DNA of 64,000 bases from Alphaproteobacteria bacterium (GCA_046881825.1 JBKSMS010000009.1:5307-69306), one strand, 5' to 3'. Shown: positions 47,830-58,800, counted from the first letter of the stretch. Notes: generated from the letters alone by a model not told the origin. Program-made: numbers and translations.

Positions 47830-48372
47830 TTATTTTTTCACTAATATCAAAAATCTAGCGCGCCCATAAGTTTTGTCTTTTAAAACTTCCCAGTTTGTGT
47901 CGATCTTAGGGTCTGGTTGATTTGATTCAAATTCCCAAATCAAAATCGCGCCAGATTTGGCTATTTTTCCGACTTTTTTAACAAACAATAGTCCCAATCC
48001 AAAGTCGGCATAGGGCGGGTCAACAAAAAACAAATCTGTCATTCCGCCAAAACGCGGCACAGCAGATATTGCATCTGTTTTTTCCAGTGTTGCGCGTTCG
48101 TTCATTGACAAAAGATTCTTTTTAACCGTATCAATAACGACATCTGTAAAAACAACCATAGGCTGGTTAAACCTGGACAAACATTCCAACCCAAAAGCCC
48201 CAGAACCTGCAAACGCATCCCAAACAGCTATGGGGACAGTTGTATCAATTATTCCGTTTAACATATTGAACAGCGCGCCACGTGCCATATTTTGTGTTGG
48301 TCGCGCGTCATTTGGCAAAAACAACTTCTTACCACGATATTTTCCAGAAATAATTTGCAAATTCGATTTCAT
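47830..48372 (-). CDS. rsmD: 16S rRNA m2G966 methyltransferase RsmD
   Basis: IISGKYRG, RPT, DAFAGSGAFGLE, DPPY. Confidence 0.92.
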   Translation of the reverse strand: MKSNLQIISGKYRGKKLFLPNDARPTQNMARGALFNMLNGIIDTTVPIAVWDAFAGSGAFGLECLSRFNQPMVVFTDVVIDTVKKNLLSMNERATLEKTDAISAVPRFGGMTDLFFVDPPYADFGLGLLFVKKVGKIAKSGAILIWEFESNQPDPKIDTNWEVLKDKTYGRARFLILVKK

Positions 48373-48389
48373 GGTATAAACTTTACATT

Positions 48390-48854
48390 ATGAATTTTAT
48401 GAATCAAGCATTTATTTTAGCAAAAAAAGCCAAAAATCATGACGATGTTCCAATCGGCGCAGTAATTGTTCGCAATACTAAAATCATAGCCCGTGGCGAA
48501 AACCGTGTCCAAAAATCTAAAAACCCGACATTACACGCAGAAATAGTAGCAATTAACAAAGCTTGTAAAAAATTAAATGCCAAGTTTTTGGATGATTGTG
48601 ATTTATATGTGACTCTGGAACCATGCGCCATGTGTGCTACTGCGATTTCTTTTGCACGAATCAAAAACATCTATTTTGCAGCAACAGACGAAAAGGGCGG
48701 GGGAATAACCGCAAATGCGCGTATATTTGAAAACGACAAACATTTATGGAAACCGAACGTGATTCAAATGCCGGAATACGCAGAACAATCTGCAAAAATG
48801 CTGCGCGATTTTTTTAAACAACAACGACAAAACAAAAAGGAAATAAAATGGTAA
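48390..48854 (+). CDS. tadA: tRNA adenosine deaminase TadA
   Basis: VPIGAVIV, HAE, TLEPCAMC. Confidence 0.9.
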   Translation: MNFMNQAFILAKKAKNHDDVPIGAVIVRNTKIIARGENRVQKSKNPTLHAEIVAINKACKKLNAKFLDDCDLYVTLEPCAMCATAISFARIKNIYFAATDEKGGGITANARIFENDKHLWKPNVIQMPEYAEQSAKMLRDFFKQQRQNKKEIKW

Positions 48855-49309
48855 TAAAATCTGTAATGATACTTGAACCGCTTTTTGCAGAATATTATAC
48901 AATTTCATTAAACCAATTTGATGAAGAACCTTATAAGAAAACCGGATATTCCAAAGTAAAAAATGTGAAAGAATTTAAACCCGCCAAAGGCGATACTTTT
49001 GAAGTAAAATATACCCCGGATGGTATGATTTGGACAAAACTTGCCAATTACAAAGAACATAATTTTGAACATGCTGTTGTTTTGGGGGTCAAGGGTTTAC
49101 AATTGTGGGTATACGGTAATAAAATAGGCAGAAAATTAATCAATGACAATTTAACCATAAACAACAATCCAGTATCACCAAAAATTTACGAACACAAACG
49201 CGGTGATGAATTGTTGCTTGAAATAGATAAAACAATTCGTATTATTCACAACATAACAGTCGAAAAGCTGGCATACAACGAAAGACAAAACTGGCCACAC
49301 ACCAGATAA
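48848..49309 (+). CDS. Hypothetical protein (GD...NxT orphan family; ends WPHTR)
   Basis: SD AAGGA; KRGDELLL...IIHNITVE. Confidence 0.7.
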   Translation: MVIKSVMILEPLFAEYYTISLNQFDEEPYKKTGYSKVKNVKEFKPAKGDTFEVKYTPDGMIWTKLANYKEHNFEHAVVLGVKGLQLWVYGNKIGRKLINDNLTINNNPVSPKIYEHKRGDELLLEIDKTIRIIHNITVEKLAYNERQNWPHTR

Positions 49310-49322
49310 AAAAATCCCGTTT

Positions 49323-50801
49323 TTACGGGATTTTTTTTATCAAAGATTTTCCAGTCATTTCTTTTGGCTTTTTGATTTTTAATAATTTCAATATAGTTGG
49401 CGCAACATCACGCAAACCACCATTATGGGCTTTATATTTACCGTTTGAAACCATTATAAAACGCACAGGGTTTGTAGTGTGCGAAGTCAATGGAACATTA
49501 TGTTTGTTGTCCCACATTTGTTCTGCATTGCCATGATCCGCAGCTATTAAAACAGCGCCGTTTAATTTTAATACCGCTGGAACAATTTTCTTTAATTGAT
49601 TATCCAGACATTTCATAGCTTTTATAGTAGCCTTTTCGTTCCCAGTATGTCCAACCATGTCGCCGTTTGCAAAATTCAAAACAACAACATCAAACTTGGA
49701 AAGCCTTTTCAAAAGCGCAGTTGTAATTTCTTTGGCTGCCATTTCGGGTTTCTTGTCAAATGTTTCAACAGCAGGCGACGGGATTAAAACTTTCTCTTCA
49801 TCAACATAATTCATGTTTCGCTCTGCATCAAAGAAATAAGTCACATGATTATATTTTTCAGTTTCAGCAATACGCAGTTGGCTTTTGCCATTTTTTGCCA
49901 GCACATCCCCCAAAGTATTTTCTATTTTTTCATCAGACAAAATTGCGGGGCAAACATCGTTCAATCCTTCGCCATATTGGGAAAAACACAACATATGACA
50001 TTTTGTTTCGATAATTTTACGCAAAATTTGACGCGCCCGATCACCACGATAATTACAGAACAAAAATCCATCGCGCGGTGTTATTTTTTGAGATTTTATA
50101 ATTATTGGTTTAATAAATTCATCTGTTTCGCCACGCGCATACGCATCAGCCAAAGCCACATCTATATTCTTTGCACGATATTTAGATTTACCTTTGGCTA
50201 TTGCATCAAAGGCCAACTGTGTTCTGTCCATGTTTTTGTTTCTGTCCATTGTATAATAACGACCAGACAAAGTCCCAAAAAACACAAGTCCCTTATTAAA
50301 TTCTTTTGCCAAATCCGTTCTTAATAAATCAATATATTTTTGTGCAGATTGGGGTGGGGTATCACGACCATCGGACACGAAATGAATACACACACGCAAC
50401 CCATGTTTTAAAACATATTTAATTGCTAAAACAGTATCAGCAATATTCGCATGAACACGCCCATCAGACATTAAACCAACAACATTAACGATTCCACCAT
50501 CTTGTTTAACCAATTTAATAAAATTATTTAATGGCTTGTTTTTGTGAAAATTCATTGTTTCAAATCTGCGCAAGAATTGATTTACTATACGACCAGCACC
50601 AATCGTTATATGTCCAACCTCTGAATTGCCCATCAAACCATCAGGCAACCCCACAGCTGCACCACTTGTTTTTAATTTTGAATTAGGATATTTATTTAAT
50701 AAATCGCTGAAATAGGGCATTTTTGCCAACAATACAGCATTATGTTCATGCTGTGAATTTATACCAACACCATCCAAAATACATAAAACTATAGGTTTCA
50801 T
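49323..50801 (-). CDS. gpmI: 2,3-bisphosphoglycerate-independent phosphoglycerate mutase
   Basis: GNSEVGH, DGRD, GRYYTMDR, AETEKY, DMVGHTG, DHGN. Confidence 0.97.
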   Translation of the reverse strand: MKPIVLCILDGVGINSQHEHNAVLLAKMPYFSDLLNKYPNSKLKTSGAAVGLPDGLMGNSEVGHITIGAGRIVNQFLRRFETMNFHKNKPLNNFIKLVKQDGGIVNVVGLMSDGRVHANIADTVLAIKYVLKHGLRVCIHFVSDGRDTPPQSAQKYIDLLRTDLAKEFNKGLVFFGTLSGRYYTMDRNKNMDRTQLAFDAIAKGKSKYRAKNIDVALADAYARGETDEFIKPIIIKSQKITPRDGFLFCNYRGDRARQILRKIIETKCHMLCFSQYGEGLNDVCPAILSDEKIENTLGDVLAKNGKSQLRIAETEKYNHVTYFFDAERNMNYVDEEKVLIPSPAVETFDKKPEMAAKEITTALLKRLSKFDVVVLNFANGDMVGHTGNEKATIKAMKCLDNQLKKIVPAVLKLNGAVLIAADHGNAEQMWDNKHNVPLTSHTTNPVRFIMVSNGKYKAHNGGLRDVAPTILKLLKIKKPKEMTGKSLIKKIP

Positions 50802-50919
50802 AAAACACTTCCTTTCGCAGAGAACATATTATCATATATGTTTTTTGATTGCAAAACAAAAAGAAAAATTGTATATATAGAAAAAGAAGGAACATTTTCT
50901 TATATTGGGAGATTAAACA

Positions 50920-51330
50920 ATGACACGCAAACCAGGTCTTATAAATGAAATAGACAAACATATCGCACAACGTCTGCAATTGCGTCGGGTTATGTTGGGG
51001 ATGTCGCAATCTGATTTGGCAAAAAAATGTGGCTTAAGCTTTCAGCAGATTCAAAAATACGAAACGGCCAGCAACCGTGTTCCTGCGGCCCGCTTATTTG
51101 ATTTAAGCCAGGCTTTGGAAACCCCTGTGGCCTTTTTCTTTTCTGGATTACCCGGAAATTTGCCTGCTGAAACCAAGGCAACCCGTTCTATGCGTGTTTC
51201 TGAACAAAAAGAAGAAGACCCGCTGGCAAAGACAGAATCTTTACGATTAATAAATCTTTATTGGGATTTGCCTTTGGATTCCCAACGCGATATGATTATG
51301 AAGATGCTAAAATCATTAAACGGAAAGTAA
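50920..51330 (+). CDS. XRE-family HTH transcriptional regulator
   Basis: DKHIAQRLQLRR...MSQSDLA...SFQQIQKYE...NRV. Confidence 0.9.
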   Translation: MTRKPGLINEIDKHIAQRLQLRRVMLGMSQSDLAKKCGLSFQQIQKYETASNRVPAARLFDLSQALETPVAFFFSGLPGNLPAETKATRSMRVSEQKEEDPLAKTESLRLINLYWDLPLDSQRDMIMKMLKSLNGK

Positions 51331-51347
51331 TTAAAATATTTAAATAG

Positions 51348-51374
51348 AAAACGGGGCGAACGCCCCGTTTTTTT
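51348..51374. terminator. Bidirectional intrinsic terminator
   Basis: AAAACGGGGCG-AA-CGCCCCGTTTTTTT. Confidence 0.85.
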
Positions 51375-51382
51375 GCAATGTT

Positions 51383-53689
51383 TTAAGGCGTGAGAACATC
51401 AAATATATCTGTAATAGTACATTGTTCATTGACAGACGACCAAGCACCACCAAGATTATGTTCGCAAAGATACTGATTCCCTTGCGTTGTCAAGATACAG
51501 TCAATTCCATTCCAGCTTGCGTTCTGACTGCCCAAAGCAACACACTGTTGTTGACGCGTGCCACCAATACACCAACCTATTTGATGCGAATTTAAACTGT
51601 TCACATTGGTTTGACTGTTAATGGTTATACCATAATAAGTCAAATAGAAATCTGCATTTAACAAATCACTTGATGCTGGCACGCTTGTGGTCCAAATACC
51701 GTCAAATTCATCACAACCAGCGGTGAACACGATATCCAAGTCCCTGTAAATATCTTGTATTACCTGGTTCATGATTGTTGTATTATACGCATCGGCACTT
51801 GTTGACAAAGTATTAGCATCATCATCGTTAACCATCGTAGCAGGGCAGAATGTCTTTCTGCGCGCTTCCATAGAAGCCCATAATTCTTCACGACTCATAG
51901 AAGCACAGCCCGCAGGATACACAACCGTATCATCATCACCCACCTGTGGATCGCATAATTGATGAGCATACTTAGTCAGCGCTATTTCACATCCTTCGGC
52001 AACCTTTACCGCATCAACTGTATCAACAAATGCCAACAAAGACTGCAGACCACATTTCTTACCTGACGCATTTGTTAATTTTTTCGTTTTATCATCAAAT
52101 TTACAACCATCCTGGTCACCATAAAGTGCCGCACAAGCCAAAACTTTATCATAACACGTGCCACGCGCCGCCACTGTAACCATAGCACCCGTAGATTGCA
52201 TATCCGTCGTATCCATATCATACAAGCTTTCAGATTTTTCATCATAACATTCTTTGATTGTTTCTACACAAGAATCTTTGATTTTTTGAATTCTGTCATC
52301 TTGAGCCTGTGCCATTTGAATCAACGCAGAACGTTTAAATTCCTGCCAAACAACATTTGATATATCACGACAAGAGTCTAATGCAGTTTCTGCGAATTTC
52401 TTTGTATTTTTATCAAGCCATTTATCATATTCAGAATTAGCCTTTAATACATCTGCACTGCCGTCCAAAACTATCAAAGAATTCAACCCAAATAATTCTT
52501 TGGAATAAATCGCTTCACCAGTATCATAGCTAATATATTTGCCAGTATAATCCATGCATCTTTCATAATTTTCACCGCACGCCAATGGATTACGCATAGC
52601 AGTTTCTACCTTGCCCAAACATTCAAGAACATCAGCAGAATTATGTGCACGATATTCATCTAATCTGGCATCACGCAAATATTTTTGCGCAGTTCTTACT
52701 GTTTCTTCAACCGCAGCACGCTTTGCATTAATATTCTTTTCAATCACATTACAATCTTGAGAAATCATGATAGAATAAGAACTGCGTGCCAGATTAAATA
52801 CAGCATCACTGCCACAAGCATCTTTAACAATTTCCACACACTGCTTGTTGACTTTGTTATACAAAGCCTTGCCTTCCAGGTCAGCAATATTGGTTGCGGA
52901 ATCACCACCAAATATAGATGAAGATTCACCCCAAATATCACCTTCATCAAATTCAAAATCCGAAAAATCAAGAACCCCCAAAGAATTCAAATTAGTGTTC
53001 GTCTTTACTGTCGATTTACCAGACAAAATATTACTGATATTGTTTAACAGTTTTTGCGAAGCACTGGTATCTTTTTTTATTACCTTTTCGCCTTCGCTTG
53101 CCATATACATAGCGGTCACTTCTGCGGCAGTTTTATCAACAGCATCCAAATTTTCGTTTTGAAAATCAGCCAACATTCCTAACGCGGCATCTAAATTTTC
53201 CGAAGTTTCACGATATCTGGTAAATTTATCACTGCAATAACATCTTCTGTATGTATCATTAGCATTTGCACAAAATTGGTCCATACATGTCGCATAAGCA
53301 TCACGACAAGAAGCAAATCCGCCACCAATCTTTGATACATCATTAAAAACAGCCGTTGCGCGCGCAGTTTGGACACGCGAACCACTTTTCGCAGTTTGCT
53401 TTTCGGGCACAACCGCAGACCGCGTATTGCGTGCAGCATTAGGTGTGCCACCCGCCGTTGCGGACCGCGCAGAACGCGACTTAATACTTGACGCGTTTAC
53501 CGCCGAACGAGTTTGACGACCGTCTTTCGCCACGGATCTTGAAATCACAGAAGTTGCTGAATTATCAGGCGCCTGATTGGTACGAACACCCCCTGTGCGA
53601 GGATTAACCCTTTGAGCACCCAAAGCCACCGCTGGTATTGCCAACGCAATAACAGACATTTTAAAAATATTTTTTACAATCCCTGCCAC
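51383..53689 (-). CDS. Large exported cysteine-rich protein with Arg/Ser/Ala-rich N-terminal linker
   Basis: Signal peptide; SRSARSAT low-complexity region; CRDAYATCMDQFC...RCYCS and many further Cys. Confidence 0.8.
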   Translation of the reverse strand: MAGIVKNIFKMSVIALAIPAVALGAQRVNPRTGGVRTNQAPDNSATSVISRSVAKDGRQTRSAVNASSIKSRSARSATAGGTPNAARNTRSAVVPEKQTAKSGSRVQTARATAVFNDVSKIGGGFASCRDAYATCMDQFCANANDTYRRCYCSDKFTRYRETSENLDAALGMLADFQNENLDAVDKTAAEVTAMYMASEGEKVIKKDTSASQKLLNNISNILSGKSTVKTNTNLNSLGVLDFSDFEFDEGDIWGESSSIFGGDSATNIADLEGKALYNKVNKQCVEIVKDACGSDAVFNLARSSYSIMISQDCNVIEKNINAKRAAVEETVRTAQKYLRDARLDEYRAHNSADVLECLGKVETAMRNPLACGENYERCMDYTGKYISYDTGEAIYSKELFGLNSLIVLDGSADVLKANSEYDKWLDKNTKKFAETALDSCRDISNVVWQEFKRSALIQMAQAQDDRIQKIKDSCVETIKECYDEKSESLYDMDTTDMQSTGAMVTVAARGTCYDKVLACAALYGDQDGCKFDDKTKKLTNASGKKCGLQSLLAFVDTVDAVKVAEGCEIALTKYAHQLCDPQVGDDDTVVYPAGCASMSREELWASMEARRKTFCPATMVNDDDANTLSTSADAYNTTIMNQVIQDIYRDLDIVFTAGCDEFDGIWTTSVPASSDLLNADFYLTYYGITINSQTNVNSLNSHQIGWCIGGTRQQQCVALGSQNASWNGIDCILTTQGNQYLCEHNLGGAWSSVNEQCTITDIFDVLTP

Positions 53690-53743
53690 TTTTTGTCTCC
53701 TCGCTTTTTATTTTATCACTTTTTGCCCCACCAATGCAAGACT

Positions 53744-54343
53744 TTATTCAATACAACAGTTGACTTTTTCTTTTACCCATTGCCCCAGTCTTTTAACCCC
53801 AGAAATCTTTTCTTCTTTTTTTGCTGGTTTTACAGATTTTTTTTCGGTTTTAGAATCTAAACATGCCTCATTAGCACCATCATAAAAAGCCGGCACAGAT
53901 TCTTTAACCCCGCCCAAATCAATAAGGTGCATATTCAACCCCCAAAACAAAGAATATAATTCATATGCTTTTTCAAACATTTCATAGGCTTCTTTTTTCT
54001 TGCCAGCACCAATAGCCTTGGTTCCAACTTCGTAAATACGCATAGATGCAGCCAACAAATGTTTAGAAATACACCAGACTTCACCATCTTCACCACTAGA
54101 TTTTTTAACAATGCGTTCCATTAATTCTTTGCGCATACTGCGAACGGTGTTTATCAAATCATAAAAGCCAACCTTGCCAGTTTTTGCGCCACTGAAAAAG
54201 AAGTGTTCTTCCAGCGAAACCAGATTCATCAACGCAATCGATAAATCTTGATCAGACGATAAATCCAATGGATTAGCCTTTTTTGCGGCATCCAATTTTT
54301 CAATCATTTCTTCCATAGATAATTTTTTGCTTGCTTTTTTCAT
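53744..54343 (-). CDS. Helical hypothetical protein with EEH, WCISKH and C-terminal CC
   Basis: MNLVSLEEHFFF, EVWCISKHLLAAS, NCCIE; SD GGAGG. Confidence 0.75.
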   Translation of the reverse strand: MKKASKKLSMEEMIEKLDAAKKANPLDLSSDQDLSIALMNLVSLEEHFFFSGAKTGKVGFYDLINTVRSMRKELMERIVKKSSGEDGEVWCISKHLLAASMRIYEVGTKAIGAGKKKEAYEMFEKAYELYSLFWGLNMHLIDLGGVKESVPAFYDGANEACLDSKTEKKSVKPAKKEEKISGVKRLGQWVKEKVNCCIE

Positions 54344-54361
54344 GAATATCCTCCGTCAGTT

Positions 54362-54913
54362 TTAACACAAAACAATTCCGTATTGTGGCAACAATTTTAT
54401 TATCGCCCAGAACACACCTGTCATTAACAACAAGCCCGCAAAAGGCATAACCACTTTTTGAAAAGGAAACATTGCGTGTCCACCATTATTTCTTTTGATG
54501 CGGGCATACCACAATTCCATCAAAATAAATGTTGTCGCACCAACCAACACCCCCAACAAGAACTGATCCATATGCCACATGCAATTTTCCCACCACTTTA
54601 CAATCGGGTTATCAGTTGGAAAGAAATAAACCCCCGCCAACAAAGCAATATAAACAAACGCGTTTAACAAATACCAGAAAGGGTTTTTAATATTATGTCT
54701 GTGCATATAGCCCGCGGTCCAACCAATCAAAGATACCGTCAAACCACCAGCCCAAATACCGGTCAACACATCTTTGACACCCAAGACGCGCATGCTTTCC
54801 AATCCCGCGCCAATCGCAATAGTGCATACGGGACATACGGCCTCTGCCATTGATGTAAAAAGTATCAAACCACAAAAAATACACAATAAATATGTTGATA
54901 AATGTTTTTTCAT
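54362..54913 (-). CDS. Multi-TM membrane protein with CPVC motif
   Basis: AEAVCPVCTIAIGAG...GIWAGGL...FPFQKVV; 4-5 TM segments; SD AAGGA. Confidence 0.75.
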   Translation of the reverse strand: MKKHLSTYLLCIFCGLILFTSMAEAVCPVCTIAIGAGLESMRVLGVKDVLTGIWAGGLTVSLIGWTAGYMHRHNIKNPFWYLLNAFVYIALLAGVYFFPTDNPIVKWWENCMWHMDQFLLGVLVGATTFILMELWYARIKRNNGGHAMFPFQKVVMPFAGLLLMTGVFWAIIKLLPQYGIVLC

Positions 54914-54962
54914 TTTCCTTTCCTTATAATTTTTCTGACTTATTTTATCAAAAACCGACAAA

Positions 54963-55829
54963 TCAAGTCAACAAGATATTTATACTTTTTTCCACCCCGC
55001 GCATATGTGCAGACCGCGCCCGCGGATTTTCGGTCAACTCCTTATCAGACGGCAACACTGTTCGCAACAATTTATATTCAGCTGGTTCTATTGTTGGCAA
55101 ATGCGGATCACCAAGGTTTTCTGTCCATTTGCGAAAAGTATTTTTAACAATTCTGTCTTCCAACGAATGAAAAGTAACACAAACACACCGCCCACCATCG
55201 CGTAATAAACAGCGTACACTTTCCAAAGCAGATTTGATTTCGCCCATTTCATCATTTACCGCAATACGCAATGCCTGAAACACAGGGGCAACATCACTTT
55301 GTTTTTTTACCAAATCGCGCAATTCAAAAGTTGTGCGTGGTAATTCTTTTTTTAATATTTTTGCCAACATATGAGATTTTTTTATATCACCATATTCATA
55401 CAATATATCAGCCAATTCAGAATCAGACAGCTTTTCTATTAAATCTGCCGCAGTAGTTTTACAACGAACATCCATCCGCATATCAAGTGGCGCATCAAAA
55501 CGAAAAGAAAAACCACGTGCCCCGTTGTCAATCTGCATTGAAGAAATCCCCAAATCAAAAACAACATCATCAAAATCGTTTGGATTTAAATTGCTTATTT
55601 CAGAAAACGGTGCATTAATAAAACGAAATCTGTCACCGTATTCTTTTTGTATTTCAATTACATCCGATAAAACACTTGTGTCTCTGTCAAAAGCAATTAC
55701 ATTTGCCCCAGCTTTTAAGAAAGCACGTGTATATCCACCTGCACCAAAAGTACAATCAACAATCGTGCGTCCACGAACATCGCCAAGTGCATTTTGAACA
55801 GCATCTAAAAGAACAGGTATATGCTTCAT
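54963..55829 (-). CDS. rsmH: 16S rRNA m4C1402 methyltransferase RsmH
   Basis: HIPVLL, DCTFGAGGY, DLGISSMQ, RGFSF, PLDMRM, FHSLEDR, NPRARSA. Confidence 0.96.
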   Translation of the reverse strand: MKHIPVLLDAVQNALGDVRGRTIVDCTFGAGGYTRAFLKAGANVIAFDRDTSVLSDVIEIQKEYGDRFRFINAPFSEISNLNPNDFDDVVFDLGISSMQIDNGARGFSFRFDAPLDMRMDVRCKTTAADLIEKLSDSELADILYEYGDIKKSHMLAKILKKELPRTTFELRDLVKKQSDVAPVFQALRIAVNDEMGEIKSALESVRCLLRDGGRCVCVTFHSLEDRIVKNTFRKWTENLGDPHLPTIEPAEYKLLRTVLPSDKELTENPRARSAHMRGVEKSINILLT

Positions 55830-58800
55830 TATTCTATATCAACCTTTATCCCCAGTGCACTTAAATCTTTAGCCGTAGTTGCCCCCAATTCTACGGAATT
55901 TTTCAAAGCCAAAGACACACTTTTATTATCTGAATATAAATTCAAAATAACTTTCGTGTTCCCGGATGGCAACCCAGCAATAACTTTCTTTACATTTTCT
56001 AGAACAGATTTATCCCGAATATCCAATGTCATTGTTTTAGCAATTTTCGCAACCCATTGTGCCAATGGTATAATAGAATCCATAAACACAGAAACCCGGT
56101 CATCACGCACAGAAGTTTTTCCAGAAATAACAACGGCAGTTTCACTGTTTAATATTTGTGATAATTCTATTGAAGATTCTCCAAAAGCCACACATTCAAT
56201 ATTACCAAAACTGTCCGAAGCGTTTACAGTCAACATATCCTTTCCAGTTTTTGTTCTGCGTCTTGAAAAAGAATTCACATTAACCGCAACTTGAACAGGC
56301 TTTCTATCAGCCATATCATTCAATGTTTGACTGGTGGTCAATTTTGCACGCGCAATCAAATGTTTATATTGGTCCAACGGATGCGCAGAAATATAAAATC
56401 CCAACGCAGACAATTCATTTTCTAATTTTTGTGAAAAAGTCCAAGGCTTTGTTTTTGGCAAATCTTTCAACAATCTATCTTCGCTGATATCGTCTTCGGT
56501 GGTATCAGCAAACAAAGACAAAGAATTTGCGTTTTCTCGCGATTTAGATGCATATGCCAATATTGCATCAGCATTCATAAAGATTAATGCACGATTTTTT
56601 TCTAAAGAATCTAAAACACCGACCTTAGCAAAAGCTTCCAATATTCTTTTGTTGATTATGGGCGCACAACGTTTTGCAAAATCAGTCAAGTTTTTAAATT
56701 TTCCGTGTGCTTCACGTTCAGCAACTATCGCATCTGTTGCCGCTGTCCCGACCCCCTTAATCGCAGCCAAAGCATAAATAATTTTGCCGTTTTTCACAGT
56801 AAACAAAGATTCACTTTCATTTATATCTGGCGCAACAATTTGAATATTAAAATTAGTTTTAGCATCATCAACAAATATAGCCAACTGATCTGTATCGTTC
56901 ATATTGCTTGACATAGAAGCCGCTAAAAATTCGGCCGGGAAATGCGCTTTTAAATATGCACATTGATTTGCCACGATAGAATAGGCGATAGCATGTGATT
57001 TATTAAATGCATATTTTGCGAACTCTTTAAATTTTTCCCACAAATCTTTTGCTGTTTTTTCATCCAAAGTATCTTCTTTCTTACATCCTTCCAAAAACTT
57101 CTTTTCAAGTTCAGCCAACAATTCAATTTTCTTTTTACCCATAGCTTTTCGCACTGTATCAGATTCCCCACGGGTAAATCCCGCCAACACACGCGTTAAT
57201 TGCATAACTTGTTCTTGATACACAATAATTCCATAGGTTTCTTTTAACACAGGTTCAGCCCTCGGATGAACATATTCCACGGGTTCTTCACCATGCATAC
57301 GCGCAATAAACTGTGGAATAAAAGCGATAGGACCCGGACGGTTTAATGCGTTTAACGCTGATATTTCCAAAAAGCTCGTTGGGTGCATTTTTTTCAAAGT
57401 CTGTTGAACAAATTGAGCATCGAATTGGAAAATGCCTTCTGTGGTTCCCGCCTGCCAAAGCTTAAGAGTTTTTTCATCATCCGTTGGAATCTGGTCTAAA
57501 TCAATATTTATTCCATGCGTCTGTTGAATCAACTTGGTTGTATATTTCAACACAACCAAAGTCTCTAAGCCTAAAAAGTCAAACTTAATTAACCCAGCAC
57601 TTTCCAAATAATGCCCATCGAATTGACAAGATGGTAATTGATTCGCAGGGTCACGATAAACCGGCGCAATTTGTGTAGTAGGGCGATCGCCAATAACAAC
57701 ACCACACGCATGCTGACCCAAATTTCTAATTGATCCTTCTAAATCTTCAGCCACACAAACTACTTTTGCCATATCTGGGTCATTATCTAAAACATCACGA
57801 ATTTCTTGCGAAGATTCCAAAGCTTCCTTTAATGTTTTCGCATCTGCTGGTATCAACTTAGACAATCTATCTGATTTAGAATAAGGTATCCCATACACAC
57901 GCCCAATATCACGCACAGCACCACGCGCCTGTAAACTGCCAAAAGTTATTATGCGACAAACGGAATCTCGACCGTATTTTTTACCAACATAATCAAGTAC
58001 GCGTTCAATACCCGTTGGTTCAAAATCAATATCAAAATCAGGCATAGAAATACGATCCGGATTCAAAAATCTTTCAAACAACAAACCATATTTTAATGGA
58101 TTAACATGCGTTATTCCCAATGCCCATGCGACAATAGAACCCGCACCGGAACCGCGTCCTGGTCCAGTTAAAATATCATTTTTACGACACCAATTTATAT
58201 AGTCAGCAACTATAAGAAAATATCCTGGGAATCCCATACCAATAATAACACCTAATTCATATTCTGCCTGTTCAAAATAGGGCGCAGTATCTGTAATTTT
58301 GTGTTCTTGTAATCTTGCCTTTAATCCACTTATCGTTGCATCGCGCAACATTTGACATTCTGTTTTCAAATCAGCCCCAAATCGCGGCAACAAAGGTTTT
58401 TCATGAACATTTACAAAAAAAGCACAACGTTTTGCAATATTCACAGTGTTTTCAATTGCTTCTGGCAAATCAGAAAACAATTCCACCATTTCATCAACAG
58501 ACTTAAAATATTGTTCTACAGATTTTCGTGGTCTGTCCGGGTCTATGACTTTTGTCTGTCCCAAAACGCAACCCAACGCATCCAAAGCTTCATATCCATC
58601 TGGTGTTGCAAAACAAACATCATTTGTTGCAACAATAGGAATATTCAAATCACGTGCAATTTGTAAAAAAACTGGTTCTGTTTTTATTTCTGCATCCAAT
58701 CCGTGTCGTTGAATTTCTATATAAAAATTATCACCAAATATGTCCAAGAATTGTTGAGCCAAATTAAATGCAGTATTATTTTGATTATTCAAAACAGCCA

